From Selaginella moellendorffii (Eukaryota; Plantae; Lycopodiophyta): a stretch of DNA of 64,000 nucleotides. The stretch's first letter is position 1. Each line of letters starts with the position of its first letter. The position numbers were made by a program, and so were the translations under genes. The stretch covers positions 302,278 to 366,277 of the forward strand of contig NW_003314352.1 of the NCBI RefSeq assembly GCF_000143415.4, written 5' to 3'. Under the pieces are notes generated by a model. It had not been told where the DNA came from. It did not search any database and worked only from the letters and a program-made list of their open reading frames with translations. Positions 1-13,500 of the stretch are shown one piece after another.

Positions 1-364
1 AAGAAAGTAAGATTTGTGGAAGGAAAATAGGAAGGAACAAAATAACTCATCATTTGACTAGCTTGTTTGTGTTCCCGATTGGCATCCCCACATTGACTAA
101 TTTCTTCATGTTCCCACTTGGGTGCCCCATGCTGATTGATGTATTTGCTTTCCCTATTGGGTGCTCCATGCTAACTGATTTGTTCATGCTCCACTCCCAT
201 GCTGACTGATTTCTCACCCAAGCATGGTGAGAAGAGTTACTCAGGTCAATCAGTGCCATTTCTTGCTGCATTTTCCAAAAGAATCCCATCACAGCCTACC
301 AAGAAGAATGATCTCCAAGAGATGTGATCATGATGTTCCAAGTTATTGTCTTGAGCTGGTAGCC

Positions 365-830
365 TCAAAGATCTCCAATGCTGCCTCTAGCTTCCCGTAG
401 CATCCAAGCCTTCAAGCTTGCATAGGCATTGATGACAATGTTGAGTGTGAGCTTGTTTGGTTTCACACTTTTGACCAGCATCTTGCAGGCAGAGATTTCT
501 CCTAAGTATGCCACTAGCATGCAGTTCCATGACAAGATGTCGTAAGCTTCCATCTGGGAGCACACTTCTTGCATCTCTCCACCTCACTAATATGTTTACG
601 AGGCTTGTTCTAATGTTGACATTTGACTTGAGTCCTCTTTCTTGGATCAAATGGTGGAGGATTCCTCCCTTTTGGATGATCCTTGCAAGCTCTCAAGATG
701 GCCATGAAAGTCATCTTGCTTGGCCTGTCACCCTCAAGATCCATCAGCTCAAACTCTGGCCAATTGCTTGGCAAATTAAGATAACAAAGCAATCATCACT
801 ATCCACAATTTCATATTTTGAGGCTTGAGT
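365..830 (-). pseudogene. Degenerate pentatricopeptide-repeat (PPR) gene fragment
   Basis: PPR-like pieces split over three frames: MDLEGDRPSKMTFMAILRAC; ERGLKSNVNIRTSLVN; YDILSWNCMLVAY...VKPNKLTLNIVINAYASL. Frameshifted. Confidence 0.75.
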
Positions 831-920
831 TTGTCCATCACCTTCTAGGCTCCCACACTTCTTATACACTTTAATCAGCATGCTAATGTGGTTTTGGAAT
901 AGCTTTTTATATATTAAGTT

Positions 921-3900
921 TGTGAGTGCTCATGATATAGGAATAGGTATATTAGTTAGGGTTTATACAAGAATGAATGGATCAAATATAGTCCCAAATA
1001 GATGGTCCATATGCTATAGTACTATAATTAATGTATTACTTACCCAGGGTAATACATGTATATATACATATATTTACAAACTTTACACCATCCTCTCCTT
1101 TAAAAAATGAAAAGATGATGGCAATAAGCTAAATGGAACATTTGGAGCTTCTGTTAGGTGATTATGAACTACCACAAGAATTTGAAACTCCCACAAAACC
1201 ACTAATAAAGTTGTTGACAACCATGATTGGAACAAAACCGAAAACTATGGCACAAGCATCAATTGACTATGGAATCTCAATGAATCAATTACAACTCTAT
1301 ATGTAGCAATCAAATGCTCAAACCAACCTCGAAGCCAAAACTTTGAACTAAAGTAAAGAGGCAACATATAAGTACATTACTCCGAGTCCCTTAGGGACTA
1401 ATACAACATTGAGAGCACACTCTCAGAAAAACTAACAAAACCATAAGCACAAATGCCCGGTGCTACTTTAGGCCATCTGCCTCCTAAGTGACTCCACTGC
1501 AAAACTTGAAGCCACTTACTACACTCCATGACCTGCGAGACTTGTTATGGAACGCTCCTACTTCCGGTCCCAAAACAATGTCTAATCACGACAAAGCTCC
1601 AACTTGTACCTTTAAGCAAGGTGTGAACATCCTCCAACTCAAGACTGAAGTATGCTACCTTGCCTCCCATATGAGACAAATGCACTAGTTCATCTTCGAC
1701 TAAGTCCTAGCCCTATAATAAGGACTAGAGAAAAGGCATGAACCTCCTCTTAAAGGAGTGAACTCCAAAGCAGACATTGGAGAGGAGATATATAGATCCT
1801 TACGTGTATAACACTGCATCAACCCCGTTGGCCACTAGCCCCAAATTGTGGTAACAATCTCTATCACTAGAACCAAAAATCCTCCTTTCCCAATCTTCCT
1901 CCAAATGAGACTTTGAGAACTACTACAATCCATGAAATGCCATTACAACAAAAAATACATCATACATTTAAGTCTATTTATTAATAATCCTCTGAGACCA
2001 CTATTAACTTATACTTACGATTATAAGTAAAACTTATCTCTACATCAACATGTAAAACCTATATTAACTCAAATTTATGACATTTGTCTTTGCTAACACT
2101 ATATATAGGAGATTAAACTCATTCCATTTGTCCTCCACATTTTCCTTATGCCCTCCTTAAAAGAAAATGTCCTGAAACACCAGCTCCATTTGGACTCATT
2201 GCACTCATCTTCACTCCATCATCTATATTTGGCCTCACTCCACTATTACATATATTCAACTTCATTATGTCAAAATTGGATGTTCCATTTAAACTTAATA
2301 TACTTGTCCTCACTTCATAATCTATATTGTTTATCCTCGCTCCACAATTATATCCACTTATCCTCACTCCATTGTTGAGACTAGACTCTCGTAGGTCCTC
2401 TCTACCTCCTCCTCTGAAAAAAAAAATATTTGAAGTGTTAGAGCAAAAAAGAGAAAGCGAGAAAATTGAGAAAAAACTTTGTAGAAGAAGAAAAAGTGTA
2501 TAAAAAGCATTAGAAAAGGAATTTATAACAATTGGCTATAAACTCTTGAATTTAGACATCCCAAGAGGTCATTCAGCCCAATACTACAAACTTAAGAATG
2601 TTTAACCCCAAGTATCCTAATATCCTTAATCGATTGGAAAAAAATGTTCATGAGCCCTTTCCCTTTATATTTGAACCTTTATGGATCATCTCTTGAGTCC
2701 ATTTCTTTGGTTGCTTACAATCCACTATACTTCCCTGCAAGTTTATGCCCTCGTGAACAAAAGTTGAGAGCCATAACTCTCCCAAGAGCCTTGCTCTTTT
2801 AACACCCTACCCTTCAGGTTGAGCCCAACTGGAGCAAATTTGACTTGCCAAATATTAATTTTAATGTGTGATATGATTTCCTTAGCCAACTAACAAAGTC
2901 AAATCCAAGACCATTTTGATACTAAATGTAATTTTTTGAATTTAAACTTTTCAAGAGGTCACCTAACCCAATATTACTTAAACCCAAAGATGTTTAACCC
3001 CAAATATCCCAAAACCCTTAACCGATTAAAAAAAAGGTTGCACTCTTGCTTATGGGCCCTTCCCTTTATATTTAAACCTTTATAGATCATCTTTCGAGTG
3101 GGGAAATCAAAGGCTTGGGGAAATTAATATAAAAATGGGGAAATCAAAAAAAGGATATGTGTTCAAAGCTTGGAAAATAGGGGACTTTCTATCATAAAAT
3201 ACTTTAGCCACCACAATATAAACAAAAGATTCACACTACTCAACCTCTTCAATACACATCTCAACACTTGAGATGGGAAAATCAATAATAATATCCACAC
3301 TCTTAAGGGAATGCATAACTTATTAAGCAACAATAGTAAAGCAAAAGCTTTTAATAGCACTCACAAGTGGGGACACACACTCAACCCAAAACTCTAGCTA
3401 ACATGACTCAACCCTTAGAACAAGGAAATACTTAACACTAGAATTGATCAAAGATTCTACCAATGAAATAAAAGCAAGATTCTCAACTTCATGGATATAC
3501 TTAACATTCAGATTAGTATGAGGAAGACATAAAATACTCAACTCAACACTAGATTGAGAATGAGAATTATAAAAGTCACAAATGATTGACATGCCAAGAG
3601 AAGGAAACATTGTAGATGAGGAAAAAACATTAAAAATATGAGAAAGTGGCTCATAAGAAAAGGTTATTAAAGAGCAAAAGGTAAAAAAAAAAGGATTAGA
3701 TGGCAGATTGAAGCACCTATCTCATAAAATCTTTTCATCTCCAAAGTTATCTCCATAATAATCAAATTTGTTATCACAATCTAAAATCCATTCAAGCTTG
3801 TAAAAATTTTTTTTTCCATAAACTCAATCTTTGAATATTCTTCAAGTACCAGACTACATCATCCATAGCTTACCAATCAATATCACAATCACACTCCACA

Positions 3901-4475
3901 TTAATAGGAAATGGTAGAACACCAAAAATATAACAAGCTATATAATCACATCCCACAAAAAATAGAGACACCAACACACCAAGGATAAGTGCAACATTAA
4001 TATAATCACACCCCACAGCACTAAAAGTTCAATCCAATAAAGTAGTATCAACAAGTTTAAGTGATATATTTTTTAATCAATGATGGTGTGGTATGGTAGA
4101 AGAAAAGAATGCAATGAAGATTAGAAGAAAGAATAGACCTAAACACAATAATATCTAAAATTCTAGATCTTGCAAAAAGCTAATATAGATCTAAATCTAA
4201 AAGAGAATGAGGAAATAAGGATAAAAGCACAATCTTGAACACTAGAGTGAAGCATTGCCAAAAAACTTTTGCCCTTTAAGGATAAATTGCAATGCCTCTC
4301 AATGTGAGTGTTCAAGATATAAGAATAGGTATATTAATTGAGGTTTAAACCCTTATTTATATACAAGAATAAATGAATCAGATTTAGTCCCAAATGGTTA
4401 TAATACTATAATTAGTGTATTACTTAGCTAGGATAATACATGTATATATATATACATATATTTATAAACCATACA
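921..4475 (-). mobile_element. Non-autonomous LTR retroelement, family A, copy 1 (LTRs 921-1087 and 4303-4475)
   Basis: Two ~170-bp direct repeats with TG...CA ends. 4-bp TSD AGTT (917-920 / 4476-4479). Minus-strand PPT (aaaggagaggatgg) next to the 921-1087 LTR. Internal sequence homologous to 29.3-30.7 kb. No gag/pol. Confidence 0.85.
2537..3100 (-). mobile_element. TRIM-like mini-element nested in family A copy 1
   Basis: ~160-bp direct repeats at ~2537-2698 and ~2926-3099. Degenerate iMet-type PBS (minus strand tagtatca) beside the right repeat. Segment absent from the 29-31 kb copy. Confidence 0.55.
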
Positions 4476-5961
4476 AGTTCAAATTGGTAGATGGTATGTG
4501 GCAAATTTTGGTATTGTTTTTTTCAGCATTATATAAAAATATAAATATGCTCTTTTTCTTATTCTTTCATATGGTTTTTCCATATAATTTTTTATAGCTC
4601 AAAGATTATAGTTCATTGATACATTGTTTTATGTGGTTATCCTCTTTCTTATATGATCAATTATTTCTTTCTAGCTTTCAAGGAACATTTTTGTCTTGGC
4701 CTTTATGATGATATCAAGGATCTTATGCTTTCTTAACTAGATTCAACATCTCTCGCAATGGCCATAAATCCTATTATTTGTTATGACAATCATTTGTAAA
4801 AATGTCAATTGGATCTTTGTTATCAAACCTTTGTTTTTTATCCATAAACAAAATATAGTTCCAATGGAGATTGAAGCTATTTGTTAATATCATGTCTTCA
4901 ATGTTGAACAATAACCCTAGATTGAAAACCACCTCTAAATGTATTGTAAATATGCAAACAACTTTGAAGAGTACTATCTTTGTTGTCCTCATTGGATGTT
5001 GCACTTCTAGTTCCAATAACACAAACGTCCAATCTAATTAGGGCTATTGGACTAAACAACTCCTTTGTTCTTTCTCATCTTGGCTATATTCCTTCTCAAA
5101 TCTCCAAACGTTTTTATATTATTGCTCATTTTTAGTCTCTTATAACTAAGAGTGTATAATTTCTTATGCATTCTCCTTTAACGACCACAATATTGAATTT
5201 ATATTCAAGTGGTGGATGGTCAATATCTCCATCACATACAAAATTAAGCTGGTGGAGGTGATAGCATTTGGGACTTGTTCTAATATCTATTTCAACATTA
5301 TCTCAATACCAAAAACTTTCATCATTATTGGTCTTCTTTAGTTTAAGTTGTTAAATCTAAAAATTGATTGGAAGTAGTGTGATGTTAATTGAAACAATTT
5401 GATTAACATTTTCTTTTCTTCTCTTCTTTTCTAAGTCCTTTTTCCTCTCCAATTAGCTGAGTTAGTCATTGTGATTTATTTTCACCATAGCTAATCATCT
5501 ATCATCTTCTTGTGTTGCAAACAAGCTAGCTCTTTCTTCCAAATGCTAACATGAATGTTTATGGAAAGGAAGTCACCATCATTTAATCCAATTTATAATC
5601 TTCACTATTGGAGTTAAAAGCATTACATAGATATATCAAGAAAAACCTTTTCAAAGGTTTATTCAACATTCTTGATCTCCTATTGATACGCTTGAGATGC
5701 ATCAAGAAAAGATGGCTCTTTTCATCTAGTGGTTGATTATTTCAGCCTGAACAAATAAGCTTCTAGTTGTCTCTTTTCCTTGGGATGAGGATCACGACTG
5801 CTAAGTATCCAGGACAGAAGCAAAAAGGCTGGAGAAACGCTCTGTGACGTCAAGCTGAGGGAACTTCGCAGGCAGAGGATGAAGAGATTGACGGTGCATG
5901 TGTGGATGTTGGGACTCCGAAAAAGTAAGTCAGGAGCTCCCAGAGCTGGAACAGTGCAATA

Positions 5962-6289
5962 GCATGGTTAGGGACTTCGCCATTGCCAAGCTGAGGAGTG
6001 GATGACAAGGCTGGCAGTGGAAGAGCTACACGACACTGAGAACGTCAGCCATTGGGATCCACCAAGGCTTGTCCACCAAGGCCTGTCAACACTAGACAGA
6101 CTTGAGAAGCCTTGACATAAAGGGTTAATTTTAAACGTCGTGAGATTATGGAGATGAGCTCTTCCAATTCGGCTCATTGCACTACTTCACACCATCATGG
6201 CCGAGCTGCGCAACATCAGAATGATCAAGCCCGACTCCATCCGCCCCGATGCTGTTTGCTCGTTTCTCAATGCTCTGGACAAGTCAATG
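5962..6289 (+). repeat. Left arm of diverged inverted duplication (partner 7195-7545)
   Basis: atggttagggacttcgccattgccaagctgaggagtgg...gctgtttgctcgtttctcaatgctc matches the reverse complement of 7195-7545, with deletions. Confidence 0.85.
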
Positions 6290-6299
6290 CTACGCATTT

Positions 6300-6580
6300 T
6301 CCCATGAGTAGAGAAAGTCTCTTCTATCCACCATAGCTGGGCTTGTCCTTGTCCTTCTCCTCCTCCACGAACACCCCCACAGAGAGCCTCTCGTAGACAT
6401 CCATCGCGCTCCCGCCCCTGGCGCCATCGCGCACCACTTCCTTCAGCATTCGCCTCCACACAGCGTCCGATGGCGACACGTCTTGTTGACGAGGGCCAGC
6501 CTCCGACATCGCGAGGCGACAGCAATCCCAGAATCCCAGCCAGGCAGCCAGGTCGAAATTCATCAATTTCCTATATGCTT
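6300..6580 (-). pseudogene. Inverted partial copy of the 5' end of the F-box/PP2 gene at 14587
   Basis: SDAVWRRML-KEVVRDGA..SAMDVYERLSVGVFVEEEKDK nearly identical to 14587-14853. Includes part of intron 1 and upstream leader. Several deletions and frameshifts. Confidence 0.9.
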
Positions 6581-6752
6581 ATTACAGCACGATGAACGGA
6601 TCTTTTGTGTGTATGTGAGAATATTCTACCTAAGGCTCTTTTAAAAGCTCCTTTCGCGCGGGCCTGGCTGATGCGCGAAAATCCATTCTTCAAGCGGCTG
6701 GCGGGACACGGCCGCCACACGCTCCTGCTGTGAACAAGAAAACGGGGAGACC

Positions 6753-6920
6753 TCAAATGTGGTCTACAGGCAAGCTTCCAAACGCTTGGCCCTTGCACAC
6801 CAGCTGCGCCCACACTGCGTCGCGGGCTGACAGCCACGACAGGATTTCCAACTCCAAGTCTGCTGACAAGCTGCTCATTGCAGCTGCGGCTGCTGGAGCT
6901 CCATGGCTGGATGCCGCCAT
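6753..6920 (-). pseudogene. Second F-box motif fragment
   Basis: MSSLSADLELEILSWLSARDAVWAQLVCK fits the plant F-box consensus (LP.DL..EILS.L........LVCK). Truncated afterwards. Confidence 0.6.
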
Positions 6921-7035
6921 GGGCCGCAAGGCACTGCATTCTCCGCTCACAGTTTTTCAAGAGCCCTAGATGATATTTAAAAAAAAAAACAATATATTGG
7001 GATCCTGCAGAAGACCTGATGTGCTGAAGCTTTGT

Positions 7036-7554
7036 TCATTGTTCCAAACCGAGAGATGCCAGGGACGCTGGTCCTCCCTTAATGGTTTTCTTGGTGCTTG
7101 GCAGCCAAGGTGGTGATTGCCGACCACGCTTCACTTTGATGTAATTGTCAGAGCGGCGGTAGTAGGCGAGTAGAGTGTAGGAAGTAAGAGACGATGGACT
7201 CGTCCGGAGCATTGAGAAACGAGCAAACAGCATCAGCTTGATTATTCCGATGTAGCGCAGCTTGGCCGTGATGGTGTCAAGTGGTGCAATGAGCCGAATT
7301 GGAAGAGCTCCATACCACCTCCAGTCTCTTGGATTTGTTCTTCGGCAGGACTGGCTTTGGATCTCCCTGTAGTGCTTCTCGAGCAATTCCGCCAAGTGTT
7401 GATGTGCCTTGGTTATCTCCTCCAGGATCCCAATGGTAGACATGTTGTAGAACACAATATTCTCGGTGTTGAGTAGCTCTTCCACAGCTAGCCTGGTCAT
7501 TCCACTCCTCAACTTGGCAATGGCCAAGTCCCTGACCATACGGACCATGCGCAT
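7036..7554 (-). pseudogene. ORF of unknown family (172 aa); right arm of the inverted duplication
   Basis: Open 172-aa frame with a degenerate paralog at 5962-6289. No recognised domain. Confidence 0.4.
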
Positions 7555-7559
7555 AAAGT

Positions 7560-8360
7560 GACATAAGAACAGTTTTAGAGCATCTAGTATAAAATTAACA
7601 TGTAAAATAGAATTAAATAGAGTTTGGCACTATTTTAGTATATTAATGGCCTAATGTAAGAATATAAATACTTTATGGTATAGAACTTATGCTTAGACCC
7701 AAGCCAGAAGCCAAAAGTAAAACAAGAATAGACATGTAAGTGGAAGTTAAACTATACCTTAAATTTGTCAACTACTATACATTTAGAATCCACACACCCC
7801 ACCCCCTTTGAGGAATACATACTTTGGGCTTTCACCCTAATCCCAGGAGTTAGTTTTTGGGACAATCAAAATATGGAATGGCTTTAAATTGCAAATTTAG
7901 ACATAAGAGCAACACCATTGTATTTAGAATGATCTCTTTTCATAAATATTCTAAATTAGGAAATCTAGACACTTTCTATAAATAGCTAATGGGATTAGAC
8001 AGAACTAATATAAAGGGTATAATAGTGAGAGTGTCTTAACGGATGTGGTAAATTATCACTTAACGAGTTTTAAGGGACCAAACTCAATATTGCAAAGGTT
8101 TTTTAACCGTAACAAGTGCAGGCCAACAAATGAATTTCTCTAACCAAGTCTAGTATATTTAATTAATAGCATTTAGGAATTTTGTCCTTATACCCTTCTA
8201 ACCAAGTGCACATGTGAAGATTAGTTTCTCAACTAACTTGGGTAGAGACTGAAAAACGATTTAGCAATACCGACTTTCTACCATCATAACAGTAAGGAAA
8301 GAATATTTAAAAAAACTAATTGACATATAACTTTTGATACCCGCAGTTACATTTGCGACA
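7560..8360 (-). mobile_element. LTR family C, partial LTR
   Basis: Similar to 13330-13808 and ends at the same terminus (catttgcgaca). Reverse-complement similarity to 34050-34450. Confidence 0.7.
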
Positions 8361-9099
8361 AATATGCCTATATAAACTAGATCTAATAAAAAATCTACAT
8401 TTGACCAAAATTAACATTGACAAATATAGCTTACATTGGATCAACATGTTTTAATAGATGACTTTCACCATTGATGCCATTTCCAGGCACTCTTGGTCAC
8501 TTGTTTCCCATTGACAATGTATTCCCTCTGCTTTAGAGTTTTGAGTTTGAGTGGTATTCTTGTGTAGATCATAGATGCTAATGAAGGCTAGTGGCTGGTT
8601 CATTAACCAAAGGATGCTTGGCACGATTTCAAAATACACAATTTGGTATTTGCCACATTCACAAACCATTATTCAATATGAAAATCCCACTTAGACTTTG
8701 GAATTTGAGTGTACATATTGGTGTTTAGGGTTGTAGCTTTTCCATATTTCTATTCTGCCTGAAATGCACGAGAAAATGCCAATGGGGATGAGGAATTCGA
8801 AGATCTTTTGTCAAATCCAGATACCCAAAGCGTCGAAGAGATAGCAGGGGAGCATGTTGCCTCAGAAATTAGTGGATCAACAACAATGCCCCCTTTGGAA
8901 ACTATAGCAGTGAGGTCCTTGTTCTGACTGTGCAACCTATTTGACAATGGTCACATCTCAGAAGCGTTGCGGTCTAAGATTCTATAGGCTTTGTTTGGGA
9001 TAGGGGAAGTAATCTTTGCTCAAGTATTTTATCCTTCATGGAGTGGTAGATTAGGGGAATTGAAGGTGCCTTGTTCTTCCAGATTATTGGATCATTTTC

Positions 9100-10500
9100 T
9101 TATCAATCATGCCAAAGGTAGAGAGACATGTGCTGTGTTGTCATAAGGACATGCCAGCTTACACTTTTGGCAATAGACTTGATTATTGCACGTGCAGGTA
9201 AGTGAAAAACTAGTGTTGTTGAGTTTTAATTTACGATTTTGCTTCCAAGACTAAGTTGTGCAGTCTACAAGGAGGAGTGTACATTTTGTGAAGCAGGAAT
9301 ACTAGCACAGTCTCCTACTACATCCCTATAGCATCACATTTGTGCCTCAGATCAAAGGTAAAATCCATCTGCTGGGAGGATCTCTGTCCATGGAAAGCAA
9401 AAGATGCCTAGAGAGGTAGGACTGCTGCTTTTGAAGCACTGCTAGGAGGGAAGTACTTGGAGGTACTGCCAAGCTTTCTTCGACCCAAATCAACAATACA
9501 AATTGCCATTTCAATGTCCATCCTATGAAGAACACATCCACATGTGGCTAGTCACAAATGCTTGCATGCAATCTCTCCAACCTAATGGTAGGGGTATGTA
9601 CAACATTTTGTGCCCACATTGTCTATCCAGCTTTTAGGCACCACATTTGCTGCTTATAAGGGATCCATGGAACCTAGCGATGCAACTACATTGGGACAGC
9701 TTTCAGTTTGTGAGAACCAAACAAAGAATGAATGTTCTGGAGCAATGAATGTGAAGGTTTTGAATCTTGGGCTGGAAGGACCTTCAGCAACAACCATGAC
9801 TCTACCAGTCATGTATATTTCAAAGTCTTAATTTGAAGCTGGAATGGACAGTCTAAATGCATTCCTTGACCTACTTGTGAAGGAGTTAATCAAGTTGTTT
9901 GTCAAGGGTGTGGAAGTGGAGTATACACTTCATTTGCAAGAATATGGTGGTCTGCCTAGAAAATTCAAACAAAGAGTTCTACTTGTCATCCCGGCTGATC
10001 ATCCAGCCTAGTACGAGTTGCTGAAACTATTTGTAGGTACTTTTTGGATTTAAATATTTAATGTTTGTGGTTTGCTTACTTGAGCAACTTATGGATGCCT
10101 TTAACTATTCTATACTACGTGGGAAATATGCTTGTAGGAAATGCAAAACTCCTATGACTAAGGAAGGAACACACTAGAAACACAATGATATTTTGTGCAA
10201 CTCAATGGAGCCCATAGAAAAAAGAAGCCTTGATGAGATTTATGCATCTATATTAGAGCTTGAATTTACCACAAATGCATCTCACAAGAAGAAGCTGCAA
10301 CAGGATAGTGGAGTACGCAGGGAAAACCACCTCTATTGGCTATCCAACATTTATGAGTATGCAATAGTCGATTTTTCATTCAATAAGTCACTTTTTACTT
10401 TGGCTTTCAATGTGATTACTTGCAATCAAGAAGTCTCTATCTTGATGCATTTTGGAAGTGATGGTTTTACAAGTGGTGAATTGTGGGATGGATAGTGGTA
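9100..10500 (+). mobile_element. CACTA/En-Spm (Transposase_21-like) transposase relic
   Basis: Motifs SGAMNVKVLNL, LNAFLDLLVKELIKLFVKGVEV, RVLLVIPADHPA*YELLK and GKYACRKCK, typical of CMC-EnSpm DDE transposases. Stops present. Confidence 0.7.
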
Positions 10501-13500
10501 AAGCACTAAACCATTTTACCTAAGCCTGCTATTAAAAACTTGGGATGCAATGCTCAATTCTTTTTTAGGGAATCTTGTTATCGCTCCTTGAGTAACTTGG
10601 TGTTGGATTAGTTTTGAGTTTGGTTGGAAAGAGAGTGGCATGAGTTTATTTATATTATGAACAAAATTGGTGGTATTTGGTGTTGTAAATTTTTATCGTG
10701 GAGTGTAACATTTATATTGCATTTTGTCAAATAGAGTAGGTATTTGATACTCACATAAACTTTTGAAGTAGTAATGTGGGCTTGTTCATGATGTTGTTCA
10801 ATTAGTGATAAAGTCATTGTGATTTTATATCATATCCATGTGATAATAAGCAATGTGTTTACAAAGTTGCTTAGTCAAACAATAATCAACTCCAATATGG
10901 TTGATAGTGAAGTTAGTCTACTTATATGTAGTAGCATTGAAGTAATTTTGACTTTGTTTTCAATAGTGATTTATAATATGCTAAGCTTAAATTAATATTT
11001 TGTTTCTTTGAGAGTTTGCCCATAAAGTGTTGGAAAGGGTTATAGCATTCACTTTCTATAGCTTATTGGTGAATCTATTGCATTTGGAATAAATTATTGG
11101 ATAGTAAAACTGTGAAGTTAAGGCATTGGCATTGTGAATATTTGTGTTAATGGAAGTGGCATTGTTATTTTGAGTGATGAGGAATTTTCCTTAGACCTTG
11201 ATATTTTATATCATTTTTTTTGTTAATGTTTTGGCTTTACATTGGATTTTGGAGGTGATTGAAGAAGAGTGTTAATGCATTATGGATATCCAAAGATATA
11301 ATCTTTATGATCAAACCTTGGATGTTTATTTTGCATTTAGTGAATGTCAGTGTTAGATATCGAAAATATAGGTATGATGTTTAAGGCTTAAACATACTAT
11401 GGGTTTTGAGAATTTGTGTTGAGGTGAATTTATGTGAAGTTGTTAGTAGGAGGAAGTTGATTGAGTCTTGAAAGTTTATATTCCTAGATTAAGAGTCATT
11501 CTTTCTCTAGGATAGAAAATTTTTCATAAATTTTCTTACACTTCTCCAATGGCTGATCTGTTAATCACTTTGCTTGAAAACCATTCCATTTTCATAAGCC
11601 AGTACAAACTAGTGAAGGGGTTGGAGTTGACTTTGGTTAACTTAAGACTTTAGTAGATAGTTTGTATGATGTAGCTCGAAAAGGATGTTGACTTTTGGGG
11701 CTAAGGAAATTGAGTTGAATAGAGTTTGGAGTTGGTGTGGAAAAGTGGCTATTACGCTTTTCTAGAAAGGTGACTCTTGTGCTTTTCTTTTATAGTGTTG
11801 TGTTTGGTAGCAGGTTACACCTTGCATTTTATTAAACTTTATGAGAGTAGTGAGTTCTCACTGATCTTGATTAAGTCTTGGTAGTCTTGCACCTTGGTTG
11901 AGTATAATGATGTTTAACTTAATTGTTTGAGATTGAGGTGTTAATACCTATATTATAGCTTTGTCTATGAGGTACCAATATGAGTTCATCTCATGGTTTT
12001 CACTTTAGTTTCGACTAAATGTTGATCATGTATAGTTAACTTCTTCAAAGCATACTCAAAGCTATTGACTAAATGCATTAGTAAGCTTATTGCAATTGAG
12101 TTAGATTCGAGTGGTCATTTAGTTTGTGCTTGTCCATAAACCTTCATCTCATACCTAGTGTAAGTATATAACTCGATGATGCGAGTTTAGTGTTTGGGTT
12201 TTATAGAAGATAAGTTGAAAGAGTGATTGTTGGTTGCTTAACAACTAGTGATTGTTTGTAAACTTTGTCAAGGACATTTGATACGTGCTTCGCTCGATGA
12301 TGATTTGGCAATGATAGGCTTGCTTTACCAGATAGTGTTGCAGAGGACCGTGTCGTTAAACTTGCATGGTTTTTCCATGTTGGTATATCAATTCCACCTT
12401 TGTCGATATCATTTGATTGCGCTTAGTCTGTAGTGTTGGATTTCATTGAGTCTTGGACTTGGTGAATCACTCCTTGATGATGTGTTATTTAAAACTGAGT
12501 ATTATTGAAGGATTGATTTCAAATACTGACTAAGGTATTTTTAACATTGGTTAGCTTTGTTGCTAAAGAGTTTTGGGTGGTAATTCATTCTTGCTTTGTA
12601 TTAACTTTATTATGGTGTTGATGACATTGAAGTGATGCTTTATTGTTAATATTGTTGATATTAAGATTCAAGTGAGATAAATTGTCTCTCCTTAGATATG
12701 ATGTTAAGTTTTATTAGTTTTGATGAAGATAGTATTAATAATTTGGGTATAGCTTTGTGTTATTGACATTTATGCATTTGCTAGTTAGCAACTATTTTGG
12801 CATTCAAATGAGCTGAGTGGTAAGTTGAGTTAGCCTAAGCGCAAACTTGTGCAAACTAAACATCTCAATTCATTTTATGAGCCCAAGCACAAGCTTACAC
12901 AATATGGTACAAAAGGTAATCAAAATCTATACTCAAGGAACGAATATGAAGTCTTAGCACCCAAACATATACCCACTTGGATCATCATTTTCATCTTTAT
13001 ATATACCATGAGACTAGTTGCTCAATCTCATTGTATAGTACTTGTTGAGATGTATCCTCTAATACCAAATGTAATGCATGTGGTTTTTACCCTTTATTCT
13101 ATGGTGATTTACTATAGAATAACCACGAAGTGGAACATAAACCCTCCATGTGTTATATGTCACATTCCATGTGTCCAAGGACAATGGTGTGAAACTTGAG
13201 TTTCAAGGCCTTGGGCCATTAAACGAAGGTACAAGCCAAACTCCTAAGCATGAAGATAAGGAGTGATAGAACTGGACCACAAAGCAACTCTTAAACATAT
13301 AACCTAACAAACGAAGGGATAGGAGTATGAAGCGACTTAGAATAGTCTTAAAACATTCAGCATCCCAATGCCAAGACCAGCACGTAAAATGAATATTGAT
13401 GGCCTAACATGAGAATATGGGTACTCCACCAACTAGCATGGTATAGAATTTAGGTTTAGACCCAAGTTAGATGCAAAACAAGAATAAACATGCAAGTGGG

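Noticed and set aside
4600-5750. Coding-like degenerate minus-strand sequence
   Set aside because: No family motif recognised.
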